Shown: piece after piece, positions 40,601 through 54,701 of the stretch
How positions within the stretch are numbered: position 1 is the first letter of the stretch
Layout of the letters: every line of letters begins with the position of its first letter
Assembly (NCBI GenBank): GCA_964016885.1
Contig: OZ024748.1
Coordinates: 37,200,001-37,264,000 of the forward strand
DNA length: 64,000 nucleotides
Origin: Eledone cirrhosa
Lineage: Eukaryota
Direction: 5' to 3'
Made by a program: the position numbers and the translations under genes
The notes under the pieces: model-generated
Seen by the model: only the letters and a program-made list of their open reading frames with translations
Databases searched by the model: none
What the model was told of the DNA's origin: nothing

Positions 40601-43600
40601 TGTTAACTACCTCTAGATCTAGTATGACAATGTCAGTGTCAGTGTTAACTACCTCTAGATCTAGTGAGACGATGTTAGTGTCAGTGTTAACTACCTGTAG
40701 ATCTAGTATGACAATGTCAGTGTCAGGGTTAACTACCTCTAGATCTAGTATGACAATGTTAGTGTCAGTGTTAACTACCACTAGATCTAGTGTGACAATG
40801 TTAGTGTCAGTGTTCACTACCACTAGATCTAGTATGACAATGTCAGTGTCAGTGTTAACTACCTCTAGATCTAGTGTGACAATGTTAGTGTCAGTGTTAA
40901 CTACCTCTAGATCTAGTGTGACAATGTTAGTGTCAGTGTTAACTACCTCTAGATATAGTGTGACAATGTCAGTGTCAGTGTTTACTACCTCTAGATCTAG
41001 TATGACAATGTTAGTGTCAGTGTTAACTACCTCTAGATCTAGTGTGACAATGTTAGTGTCAGTGTTAACTATCTCTAGATCTAGTGTGACAATGTTAGTG
41101 TCAGTGTTAACTACCTCAAGATCTAGTGTGACAATGTTAGTGTCATTGTTAACTACCTCTAGTTATAGTATGACAATGTTAGTGTCAGTGTCAACTACCT
41201 CTAGATCTAGTATGACAATGTTAGTGTCAGTGTTAACTACCACTAGATCTAGTATGACAATGTCAGTGTCAGTGTTAACTACCTCTAGATCTAGTATGAC
41301 AATGTTAGTGTCAGTGTTAACTACCTCTAGATCTAGTGTGACAATGTCAGTGTCAGTGTTAACTACCTCTAGATCTAGTATGACAATGTCAGTGTCAGTG
41401 TTAACTACCACAAGATCTAGTGTGACAATGTTAGTGTCAGTGTTAACTACCTCTAGATATAGTATGACAATGTCAGTGTCAGTGTTTACTACCTCTAGAT
41501 CTAGTATGACAATGTTAGTGTCAGTGTTAACTACCTCTAGATCTAGTGTGACAATGTTAGTGTCAGTGTTAACTACCTCTAGATATAGTGTGACAATGTC
41601 AGTGTCAGTGTTTACTACCTCTAGATCTAGTATGACAATGTTAGTGTCAGTGTTAACTACCTCTAGATCTAGTGTGACAATGTTAGTGTCAGTGTTAACT
41701 ACCTCTAGATATAGTATGACAATGTCAGTGTCAGTGTTTACTACCTCTAGATCTAGTATGACAATGTCAGTGTCAGTGTTAACTACCTCTAGATCTAGTA
41801 TGACAATGTTAGTGTCAGTGTTATCTACCTCTAGATCTAGTGTGACAATGTCAGTGTCAGTGTTAACTACCTCTAGATCTAGTATGACAATGTTAGTGTC
41901 AGTGTTAACTACCTCTAGATCTAGTGTGACAATGTTAGTGTCAGTGTTAACTACCTCTAGATATAGTGTGACAATGTCAGTGTCAGTGTTTACTACCTCT
42001 AGATCTAGTATGACAATGTTAGTGTCAGTGTTAACTACCACTAGATCTAGTATGACAATGTCAGTGGCAGGGTTAACTACCTCAAGATCTAGTGTGACAA
42101 TGTCAGTGTCAGTGTTAACTACCTCTAGATCTAGTATGACAATGTCAGTGTCAGTGTTAACTACCTCTAGATCTAGTATGACAATGTTAGTGTCAGTGTT
42201 AACTACCTCTAGATCTAGTATGACAATGTTAGTGTCAGTGTTAACTACCTCTAGATCTAGTGTGACAATGTTAGTGTCAGTGTTAACTACCTCAAGATCT
42301 AGTGTGACAATGTTAGTGTCATTGTTAACTACCTCTAGTTATAGTATGACAATGTTAGTGTCAGTGTTATCTACCTCTAGATCTAGTATGACAATGTCAG
42401 TGTCAGTGTTAACTACCTCTAGATCTAGTATGACAATGTTAGTGTCAGTGTTAACTATCTCTAGATCTAGTGTGACAATGTTAGTGTCAGTGTTAACTAC
42501 CACAATATCTAGTGTGACAATGTTAGTGTCAGTGTTAACTACCTCTAGATATAGTATGACAATGTCAGTGTCAGTGTTTACTACCTCTAGATCTAGTATG
42601 ACAATGTTAGTGTCAGTGTTAACTACCTCTAGATCTAGTGTGACAATGTTAGTGTCAGTGTTAACTACCTCTAGATCTAGTATGACAATGTCAGTGTCAG
42701 TGTTAACTACCTCTAGATCTAGTATGACAATGTCAGTGTCATGGTTAACTACCTCTAGATCTAGTGTGACAATGTTAGTGTCAGTGTTAACTACCACTAG
42801 ATCTAGTATGACAATGTCAGTGTCAGTGTTAACTACCTCTAGATCTAGTATGACAATGTTAGTGTCAGTGTTAACTACCACTAGATCTAGTATGACAATG
42901 TCAGTGTCAGGGTTAACTACCTCAAGATCTAGTGTGACAATGTTAGTGTCAGTGTTAACTACCTCTAGATCTAGTATGACAATGTTAGTGTCAGTGTTAA
43001 CTACCACTAGATCTAGTATGACAATGTCAGTGGCAGGGTTAACTACCTCACGATCTAGTGTGACAATGTCAGTGTCAGTGTTAACTACCTCTAGATCTAG
43101 TATGACAATGTCAGTGTCAGTGTTAACTACCTCTAGATCTAGTATGACAATGTTAGTGTCAGTGTTAACTACCTCTAGATCTAGTATGACAATGTTAGTG
43201 TCAGTGTTAACTACCTCTAGATCTAGTGTGACAATGTTAGTGTCAGTGTTAACTACCTCAAGATCTATTGTGACAATGTTAGTGTCATTGTTAACTACCT
43301 CTAGTTATAGTATGACAATGTTAGTGTCAGTGTTAACTACCTGTAGATCTAGTATGACAATATCAGTGTCAGTGTTAACTACCTCTTTGATCTAGTATGA
43401 CAATGTTAGTGTCAGTGTTATCTACCTCTAGATCTAGTATGACAATGTCAGTGTCAGTGTTAACTACCTCTAGATCTAGTGAGACGATGTTAGTGTCAGT
43501 GTTAACTACCTCTAGATCTAGTATGACAATGTCAGTGTCAGTGTTAAACTACCTCTAGATCTAGTATGACAATGTCAGTGTCAGTGTTAACTACCACAAG

Positions 43601-46600
43601 ATCTAGTATGACAATGTCAGTGTCAGTGTTAACTACCTCTAAATCCGGTATGACAATGTCCGTGTCAGTGTTAACTACCACTAGATCTAGTATGACAATG
43701 TCAGTGTCAGTGTTAACTACCTCAAGATCTAGTGTGACAATGTTAGTGTCAGTGTTAACTACCTCTAGATCTAGTATGACAATGTCAGTGTCAGTGTTAA
43801 CTACCACTAGATCTAGTATGACAATGTCAGAGTTAACTACCTCTAGATCTAGTATGACAATGTCAGTGTCAGTGTTAACTACCTCTAGATCTAGTATGAC
43901 AATGTCAGTGTCAGTGTTAACTACCTCTAGATCTAGTATGACAATGTCAGTGTCAGTGTTAACTACCTCTAGATCTAGTGTGACAATGTCAGTGTCAGTG
44001 TTAACTACCTCTAGATCTAGTATGACAATGTTAGTGTCAGTGTTAACTATCTCTAGATCTAGTGTGACAATGTTAGTGTCAGTGTTAACTACCTCTAGAT
44101 ATAGTATGACAATGTCAGTGTCAGTGTTAACTACATCTAGATCTAGTATGACAATGTCAGTGTCAGTGTTAACTACCACAAGATCTAGTGTGACAATGTT
44201 AGTGTCAGTGTTAACTACCTCTAGATATAGTATGACAATGTCAGTGTCAGTGTTTACTACCTCTAGATCCAGTATGACAATGTTAGTGTCAGTGTTAACT
44301 ACCTCTAGATCTAGTGTGACAATGTTAGTGTCAGTGTTAACTACCTCTAGATATAGTATGACAATGTTAGTGTCAGTGCTAACTACCTCTAGATCTAGTA
44401 TGACAATGTTAGTGTCAGTGTTAACTACCTCTAGATCTAGTGTGACAATGTCAGTGTCAGTGTTAACTACCTCTAGATCTAGTATGACAATGTTAGTGTC
44501 AGTGTTAACTATCTCTAGATCTAGTGTGACAATGTTAGTGTCAGTGTTAACTACCTCTAGATATAGTATGACAATGTCAGTGTCAGTGTTAACTACCTCT
44601 AGATCTAGTATGACAATGTCAGTGTCAGTGTTAACTACCTCTAGATCTAGTATGACAATGTCAGTGTCAGTGTTAACTACCTCTAGATCTAGTATGACAA
44701 TGTCAGTGTCAGTGTTAACTACCACAAGATCTAGTATGACAATGTCAGTGTCAGTGTTAACTACCTCTAAATCTGGTATGACAATGTACGTGTCAGTGTT
44801 AACTACCACTAGATCTAGTATGACAATGTCAGTGTCAGTGTTAACTACCTCTAGATCTAGTATGACAATGTCAGTGTCAGTGTTAACTACCACTAGATCT
44901 CGTATGTCAATGTCAGAGTTAACTACCTCTAGATCTAGTATGACAATGTCAGTGTCAGTGTTAACTACCTCTAGATCTAGTATGACAATGTCAGTGTCAG
45001 TGTTAACTACCTCTAGATCTAGTATGACAATGTCAGTGTCAGTGTTAACTACCTCTAGATCTAGTGTGACAATGTCAGTGTCAGTGTTAACTACCTCTAG
45101 ATCTAGTATGACAATGTCAGTGTCAGTGTTAACTACCTCTAGATCTAGTATGACAATGTCAGTGTCAGTGTTAACTACCTCTAGATCTAGTATGACAATG
45201 TCAGTGTCAGTGTTAACTACCTCTAGATCTAGTGTGACAATGTCAGTGTCAGTGTTAACTACCTCTAGATCTAGTGTGACAATGTTAGTGTCAGGGTTAA
45301 CTACCTCTAGATCTAGTATGACAATGTTAGTGTCAGTGTTAACTATCTCTAGATCTAGTGTGACAATGTTAGTGTCAGTGTTAACTACCTCTAGATATAG
45401 TATGACAATTTCAGTGTCAGTGTTAACTACCTCTAGATCTAGTATGACAATGTCAGTGTCAGTGTTAACTACCACAATATCTAGTGTGACAATGTTAGTG
45501 TCAGTGTTAACTACCTCTAGATATAGTATGACAATGTCAGTGTCAGTGTTTACTACCTCTAGATCTAGTATGACAATGTTAGTGTCAGTGTTAACTACCT
45601 CTAGATCTAGTGTGACAATGTTTGTGTCAGTGTTAACTACCTCTAGATATAGTATGACAATGTTAGTGTCAGTGTTAACTACCTCTAGATCTAGTATGAC
45701 AATGTTAGTGTCAGTGTTAACTACCTCTAGATCTAGTATGACAATGTTAGTGTCAGTGTTAACTACCTCTAGATCTAGTGTGACAATGTTAGTGTCAGTG
45801 TTAACTACCTCTAGATAGAGTATGACAATGTCAGTGTCAGTGTTAACTACCTCTAGATCTAGTATGACAATGTCAGTGTCATGGTTAACTACCTCTAGAT
45901 CTAGTGTGACAATGTTAGTGTCAGTGTTAACTACCACTAGATCTAGTATGACAATGTCAGTGTCAGTGTTAACTACCTCTAGATCTAGTATGACGATGTT
46001 AGTGTCAGTGTTAACTACCACTAGATCTAGTATGACAATGTCAGTGTCAGGGTTAACTACCTCAAGATCTAGTGTGACAGTGTTAGTGTCAGTGTTAACT
46101 ACCTCTAGATCTAGTATGACAATGTTAGTGTCAGTGTTAACTACCACTAGATCTAGTATGACAATGTCAGTGGCAGGGTTAACTACCTCAAGATCTAGTG
46201 TGACAATGTCAGTGTCAGTGTTAACTACCTCTAGATCTAGTATGACAATGTCAGTGTCAGTGTTAACTACCTCTAGATCTAGTATGACAATGTTAGTGTC
46301 AGTGTTAACTACCTCTAGATCTTGTATGACAATGTTAGTGTCAGTGTTAACTACCTCTAGATCTAGTGTGACAATGTTAGTGTCAGTGTTAACTACCTCA
46401 AGATCTAGTGTGACAATGTTAGTGTCATTGTTAACTACCTCTAGTTATAGTATGACAATGTTAGTGTCAGTGTTAACTACCTGTAGATCTAGTATGACAA
46501 TATCAGTGTCAGTGTTAACTACCTCTGGATCTAGTATGACAATGTTAGTGTCAGTGTTATCTACCTCTAGATCTAGTATGACAATGTCAGTGTCAGTGTT

Positions 46601-49600
46601 AACTACCTCTAGATCTAGTATGACAATGTTAGTGTCAGTGTTAACTATCTCTAGATCTAGTGTGACAATGTTAGTGTCAGTGTTAACTACCTCAAGATCT
46701 AGTGTGACAATGTTAGTGTCATTGTTAACTACCTCTAGTTATAGTATGACAATGTTAGTGTCAGTGTCAACTACCTCTAGATCTAGTATGACAATGTCAG
46801 TGTCAGTGTTAACTACCTCTAGATCTAGTATGACAATGTCAGTGTCAGTGTTAACTACCTCTAGATCTAGTATGACAATGTCAGTGTCAGTGTTAACTAC
46901 CTCTAGATCTAGTGTGACAATGTCAGTGTCAGTGTTAACTACCTCTAGATCTAGTATGACAATGTTAGTGTCAGTGTTAACTACCTCTAGATCTAGTGTG
47001 ACAATGTTAGTGTCAGTGTTAACTACCTCTAGATATAGTATGACAATGTTAGTGTCAGTGTTAACTACCTCTAGATCTAGTATGACAATGTTAGTGTCAG
47101 TGTTATCTACCTCTAGATCTAGTGTGACAATGTCAGTGTCAGTGTTAACTACATCTAGATCTAGTATGACAATGTTAGTGTCAGTGTTAACTATCTCTAG
47201 ATCTAGTGTGACAATGTTAGTGTCAGTGTTAACTACCTCTAGATATAGTATGACAATGTCAGTGTCAGTGTTAACTACCTCTAGATCTAGTATGACACTG
47301 TCAGTGTCAGTGTTAACTACCTCTAGATCTAGTATGACAATGTCAGTGTCAGTGTTAACTACCTCTAGATCTAGTATGACAATGTCAGTGTCAGTGTTAA
47401 CTACCACAAGATCTAGTATGACAATGTCAGTGTCAGTGTTAACTACCTCTAAATCTGGTATGACAATGTCCGTGTCAGTGTTAACTACCACTAGATCTAG
47501 TATGACAATGTCAGTGTCAGTGTTAACTACCTCAAGATCTAGTGTGACAATGTTAGTGTCAGTGTTAACTACCTCTAGATCTAGTACGACAATGTCAGTG
47601 TCAGTGTTAACTACCACTAGATCTAGTATGTCAATGTCAGAGTTAACTACCTCTAGATCTAGTATGACAATGTCAGTGTCAGTGTTAACTACCTCTAGAT
47701 CTAGTATGACAATGTCAGTGTCAGTGTTAACTACCTCTAGATCTAGTATGACAATGTCAGTGTCAGTGTTAACTACCTCTAGATCTAGTGTGACAATGTC
47801 AGTGTCAGTGTTAACTACCTCTAGATCTAGTATGACAATGTTAGTGTCAGTGTTAACTATCTCTAGATCTAGTGTGACAATGTTAGTGTCAGTGTTAACT
47901 ACCTCTAGATATAGTATGACAATGTCAGTGTCAGTGTTAACTACCTCTAGATCTAGTATGACAATGTCAGTGTCAGTGTTAACTACCACAATATCTAGTG
48001 TGACAATGTTAGTGTCAGTGTTAACTACCTCTAGATATAGTATGACAATGTCAGTGTCAGTGTTTACTACCTCTAGATCTAGTATGACAATGTTAGTGTC
48101 AGTGTTAACTACCTCTAGATCTAGTGTGACAATGTTTGTGTCAGTGTTAACTACCTCTAGATATAGTATGACAATGTTAGTGTCAGTGTTAACTACCTCT
48201 AGATCTAGTATGACAATGTTAGTGTCAGTGTTAACTACCTCTAGATCTAGTATGACAATGTTAGTGTCAGTGTTAACTACCTCTAGATCTAGTGTGACAA
48301 TGTTAGTGTCAGTGTTAACTACCTCTAGATAGAGTATGACAATGTCAGTGTCAGTGTTAACTACCTCTAGATCTAGTATGACAATGTCAGTGTCATGGTT
48401 AACTACCTCTAGATCTAGTGTGACAATGTTAGTGTCAGTGTTAACTACCACTAGATCTAGTATGACAATGTCAGTGTCAGTGTTAACTACCTCTAGATCT
48501 AGTATGACAATGTTAGTGTCAGTGTTAACTACCACTAGATCTAGTATGACAATGTCAGTGTCAGGGTTAACTACCTCAAGATCTAGTGTGACAATGTTAG
48601 TGTCAGTGTTAACTACCTCTAGATCTAGTATGACAATGTTAGTGTCAGTGTTAACTACCACTAGATCTAGTATGACAATGTCAGTGGCAGGGTTAACTAC
48701 CTCAAGATCTAGTGTGACAATGTCAGTGTCAGTGTTAACTACCTCTAGATCTAGTATGACAATGTCAGTGTCAGTGTTAACTACCTCTAGATCTAGTATG
48801 ACAATGTTAGTGTCAGTGTTAACTACCTCTAGATCTAGTATGACAATGTTAGTGTCAGTGTTAACTACCTCAAGATCTAGTGTGACACTGTTAGTGTCAT
48901 TGTTAACTACCTCTAGTTATAGTATGACAATGTTAGTGTCAGTGTTAACTACCTGTAGATCTAGTATGACAATATCAGTGTCAGTGTTAACTACCTCTAG
49001 ATCTAGTATGACAATGTTAGTGTCAGTGTTATCTACCTCTAGATCTAGTATGACAATGTCAGTGTCAGTGTTAACTACCTCTAGATCTAGTATGACAATG
49101 TTAGTGTCAGTGTTAACTATCTCTAGATCTAGTGTGACAATGTTAGTGTCAGTGTTAACTACCTCAAGATCTAGTGTGACAATGTTAGTGTCATTGTTAA
49201 CTACCTCTAGTTATAGTATGACAATGTTAGTGTCAGTGTCAACTACCTCTAGATCTAGTATGACAATGTCAGTGTCAGTGTTAACTACCTCTAGATCTAG
49301 TATGACAATGTCAGTGTCAGTGTTAACTACCTCTAGATCTAGTGAGACGATGTTAGTGTCAGTGTTAACTACCTGTAGATCTAGTATGACAATGTCAGTG
49401 TCAGGGTTAACTACCTCTAGATCTAGTATGACAATGTTAGTGTCAGTGTTAACTACCACTAGATCTAGTGTGACAATGTTAGTGTCAGTGTTCACTACCA
49501 CTAGATCTAGTATGACAATGTCAGTGTCAGTGTTAACTACCTCTAGATCTAGTGTGACAATGTTAGTGTCAGTGTTAACTACCTCTAGATCTAGTGTGAC

Positions 49601-50400
49601 AATGTTAGTGTCAGTGTTAACTACCTCTAGATATAGTGTGACAATGTCAGTGTCAGTGTTTACTACCTCTAGATCTAGTATGACAATGTTAGTGTCAGTG
49701 TTAACTACCTCTAGATCTAGTGTGACAATGTTAGTGTCAGTGTTAACTATCTCTAGATCTAGTGTGACAATGTTAGTGTCAGTGTTAACTACCTCAAGAT
49801 CTAGTGTGACAATGTTAGTGTCATTGTTAACTACCTCTAGTTATAGTATGACAATGTTAGTGTCAGTGTCAACTACCTCTAGATCTAGTATGACAATGTT
49901 AGTGTCAGTGTTAACTACCACTAGATCTAGTATGACAATGTCAGTGTCAGTGTTAACTACCTCTAGATCTAGTATGACAATGTTAGTGTCAGTGTTAACT
50001 ACCTCTAGATCTAGTGTGACAATGTCAGTGTCAGTGTTAACTACCTCTAGATCTAGTATGACAATGTCAGTGTCAGTGTTAACTACCACAAGATCTAGTG
50101 TGACAATGTTAGTGTCAGTGTTAACTACCTCTAGATATAGTATGACAATGTCAGTGTCAGTGTTTACTACCTCTAGATCTAGTATGACAATGTTAGTGTC
50201 AGTGTTAACTACCTCTAGATCTAGTGTGACAATGTTAGTGTCAGTGTTAACTACCTCTAGATATAGTGTGACAATGTCAGTGTCAGTGTTTACTACCTCT
50301 AGATCTAGTATGACAATGTTAGTGTCAGTGTTAACTACCTCTAGATCTAGTGTGACAATGTTAGTGTCAGTGTTAACTACCTCTAGATATAGTATGACAA
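34636..50400. repeat. Large block duplication: 34636..about 41700 recurs at 43566..about 50400
   Basis: The offset is 8,930 for the first part (ACAATTTCA, TCTTGTATG, TCTGGATCT) and 8,678 after a 252-bp (6-monomer) deletion near 46.95 kb (ACACTGTCA, AGTACGACA, AGATAGAGT at 39654/48332). The right end is approximate. Confidence 0.82.
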
Positions 50401-53400
50401 TGTCAGTGTCAGTGTTAACTACCTCTAGATCTAGTATGACAATGTCAGTGTCAGTGTTAACTACCTCTAGATCTAGTATGACAATGTCAGTGTCAGTGTT
50501 AACTACCACTAGATCTAGTATGACAATGTCAGTGTCAGTGTTAACTACCACTAGATCTAGTATGACAATGTCAGAGTTAACTACCTCTAGATCTAGTATG
50601 ACCATGTCAGTGTCAGTGTTAACTACCTCTATATCTAGTATGACAATGTCAGTGTCAGTGTTAACTACCACTAGATCTAGTATGACAATGTCAGAGTTAA
50701 CTACCTCTAGATCTAATATGACAATGTCAGTGTCAGTGTTAACTACCTCTAGATCTAGTGTGACAATGTTAGTGTCAGTGTTAACTACCTCTAGATCTAG
50801 TATGACAATGTTAGTGTCAGTGTTAACTACCACTAGGTCTAGTATGACAATGTCAGTGTCAGTGTTAACTACCTCTAGATCTAGTATGACAATGTCAGTG
50901 TCAGTGTTAACTACCTCTAGATCTAGTATGACAATGTTAGTGTCAGTGTTAACTACCACTAGATCTAGTATGACAATGTCAGTGTCAGTGTTAACTACCA
51001 CTAGGTCTAGTATGACAATGTCAGTGTTAACTACCTCTAGATCTAGTATGACAATGTTAGTGTCAGTGTTAACTACCTCTAGATCTAGTATGACAATGTT
51101 AGTGTCAGTGTTAACTAGCTCTAGATCTAGTATGACAAGGTTAACTACCTCTAGATCTAGTATGACAATGTTAGTGTCAGTGTTAACTACCTCTAGATAT
51201 AGTATGACAATGTCAGTGTCAGTGTTTACTACCTCTAGATCTAGTATGACAATGTTAGTGTCAGTGTTAACTACTTGTAGATCTAGTGTGACAATGTTAG
51301 TGTCAGTGTTAACTACCTCTAGATATAGTATGACAATGTTAGTGTCAGTGTTAACTACCTCTAGATCTAGTATGACAATGTTAGTGTCAGTGTTAACTAC
51401 CTCTAGATCTAGTATGACAATGTTAGTGTCAGTGTTAACTACCTCTAGATCTAGTGTGACAATGTTAGTGTCAGTGTTAACTACATCTAGATAGAGTATG
51501 ACAATGTCAGTGTCAGTGTTAACTACCTCTAGATCTAGTATGACAATGTCAGTGTCATGGTTAACTACCTCTAGATCTAGTGTGACAATGTTAGTGTCAG
51601 TGTTAACTACCACTAGATCTAGTATGACAATGTCAGTGTCATGGTTAACTACCTCTAGATCTAGTGTGACAATGTTAGTGTCAGTGTTAACTACCACTAG
51701 ATCTAGTATGACAATGTCAGTGTCAGTGTTAACTACCTCTAGATCTAGTATGACAATGTTAGTGTCAGTGTTAACTACCACTAGATCTAGTATGACAATG
51801 TCAGTGTCAGGGTTAACTACCTCAAGATCTAGTGTGACAATGTTAGTGTCAGTGTTAACTACCTCTAGATCTAGTATGACAATGTTGGTGTCAGTGTTAA
51901 CTACCACTAGATCTAGTATGACAATGTCAGTGGCAGGGTTAACTACCTCAAGATCTAGTGTGACAATGTCAGTGTCAGTGTTAACTACCTCTAGATCTAG
52001 TATGACAATGTCAGTGTCAGTGTTAACTACCTCTAGATCTAGTATGACAATGTTAGTGTCAGTGTTAACTACCTCTAGATCTAGTATGACAATGTTAGTG
52101 TCAGTGTTAACTACCTCAAGATCTAGTGTGACACTGTTAGTGTCATTGTTAACTACCTCTAGTTATAGTATGACAATGTTAGTGTCAGTGTTAACTACCT
52201 GTAGATCTAGTATGACAATATCAGTGTCAGTGTTAACTACCTCTAGATCTAGTATGACAATGTTAGTGTCAGTGTTATCTACCTCTAGATCTAGTATGAC
52301 AATGTCAGTGTCAGTGTTAACTACCTCTAGATCTAGTATGACAATGTTAGTGTCAGTGTTAACTATCTCTAGATCTAGTGTGACAATGTTAGTGTCAGTG
52401 TTAACTACCTCAAGATCTAGTGTGACAATGTTAGTGTCATTGTTAACTACCTCTAGTTATAGTATGACAATGTTAGTGTCAGTGTCAACTACCTCTAGAT
52501 CTAGTATGACAATGTCAGTGTCAGTGTTAACTACCTCTAGATCTAGTATGACAATGTCAGTGTCAGTGTTAACTACCTCTAGATCTAGTGAGACGATGTT
52601 AGTGTCAGTGTTAACTACCTGTAGATCTAGTATGACAATGTCAGTGTCAGGGTTAACTACCTCTAGATCTAGTATGACAATGTTAGTGTCAGTGTTAACT
52701 ACCACTAGATCTAGTGTGACAATGTTAGTGTCAGTGTTCACTACCACTAGATCTAGTATGACAATGTCAGTGTCAGTGTTAACTACCTCTAGATCTAGTG
52801 TGACAATGTTAGTGTCAGTGTTAACTACCTCTAGATCTAGTGTGACAATGTTAGTGTCAGTGTTAACTACCTCTAGATATAGTGTGACAATGTCAGTGTC
52901 AGTGTTTACTACCTCTAGATCTAGTATGACAATGTTAGTGTCAGTGTTAACTACCTCTAGATCTAGTGTGACAATGTTAGTGTCAGTGTTAACTATCTCT
53001 AGATCTAGTGTGACAATGTTAGTGTCAGTGTTAACTACCTCAAGATCTAGTGTGACAATGTTAGTGTCATTGTTAACTACCTCTAGTTATAGTATGACAA
53101 TGTTAGTGTCAGTGTCAACTACCTCTAGATCTAGTATGACAATGTTAGTGTCAGTGTTAACTACCACTAGATCTAGTATGACAATGTCAGTGTCAGTGTT
53201 AACTACCTCTAGATCTAGTATGACAATGTTAGTGTCAGTGTTAACTACCTCTAGATCTAGTGTGACAATGTCAGTGTCAGTGTTAACTACCTCTAGATCT
53301 AGTATGACAATGTCAGTGTCAGTGTTAACTACCACAAGATCTAGTGTGACAATGTTAGTGTCAGTGTTAACTACCTCTAGATATAGTATGACAATGTCAG

Positions 53401-54701
53401 TGTCAGTGTTTACTACCTCTAGATCTAGTATGACAATGTTAGTGTCAGTGTTAACTACCTCTAGATCTAGTGTGACAATGTTAGTGTCAGTGTTAACTAC
53501 CTCTAGATATAGTGTGACAATGTCAGTGTCAGTGTTTACTACCTCTAGATCTAGTATGACAATGTTAGTGTCAGTGTTAACTACCTCTAGATCTAGTGTG
53601 ACAATGTTAGTGTCAGTGTTAACTACCTCTAGATATAGTATGACAATGTCAGTGTCAGTGTTAACTACCTCTAGATCTAGTATGACAATGTCAGTGTCAG
53701 TGTTAACTACCTCTAGATCTAGTATGACAATGTCAGTGTCAGTGTTAACTACCACTAGATCTAGTATGACAATGTCAGTGTCAGTGTTAACTACCACTAG
53801 ATCTAGTATGACAATGTCAGAGTTAACTACCTCTAGATCTAGTATGACCATGTCAGTGTCAGTGTTAACTACCTCTATATCTAGTATGACAATGTCAGTG
53901 TCAGTGTTAACTACCACTAGATCTAGTATGACAATGTCAGAGTTAACTACCTCTAGATCTAATATGACAATGTTAGTGTCAGTGTTAACTACCTCTAGAT
54001 CTAGTGTGACAATGTTAGTGTCAGTGTTAACTACCTCTAGATCTAGTATGACAATGTTAGTGTCAGTGTTAACTACCACTAGGTCTAGTATGACAATGTC
54101 AGTGTCAGTGTTAACTACCTCTAGATCTAGTATGACAATGTCAGTGTCAGTGTTAACTACCACTAGATCTAGTATGACAATGTCAGTGTCAGTGTTAACT
54201 ACCACTAGGTCTAGTATGACAATGTCAGTGTTAACTACCTCTAGATCTAGTATGACAATGTTAGTGTCAGTGTTAACTACCTCTAGATCTAGTATGACAA
54301 TGTTAGTGTCAGTGTTAACTAGCTCTAGATCTAGTATGACAAGGTTAACTACCTCTAGATCTAGTATGACAATGTTAGTGTCAGTGTTAACTACCTCTAG
54401 ATATAGTATGACAATGTCAGTGTCAGTGTTTACTACCTCTAGATCTAGTATGACAATGTTAGTGTCAGTGTTAACTACTTGTAGATCTAGTGTGACAATG
54501 TTAGTGTCAGTGTTAACTACCTCTAGATATAGTATGACAATGTTAGTGTCAGTGTTAACTACCTCTAGATCTAGTATGACAATGTTAGTGTCAGTGTTAA
54601 CTACCTCTAGATCTAGTATGACAATGTTAGTGTCAGTGTTAACTACCTCTAGATCTAGTGTGACAATGTTAGTGTCAGTGTTAACTACATCTAGATAGAG
54701 T
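48336..54701. repeat. Tandem pair of about 3.2-kb HOR units (3,162 and 3,204 bp)
   Basis: Units start at 48336 and 51498. Both carry ACCATG, ACTAGCTCT, ACTTGT, a clean 36-bp monomer (51012, 54216) and a 30-bp monomer (51132, 54336). Confidence 0.88.
51132..51161 (+). other. 30-bp variant monomer (ATGACAAGGTTAAC..., two hexamers lost); second copy at 54336..54365
   Basis: Read directly; the distance between successive monomer starts is 30 bp. Confidence 0.92.
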
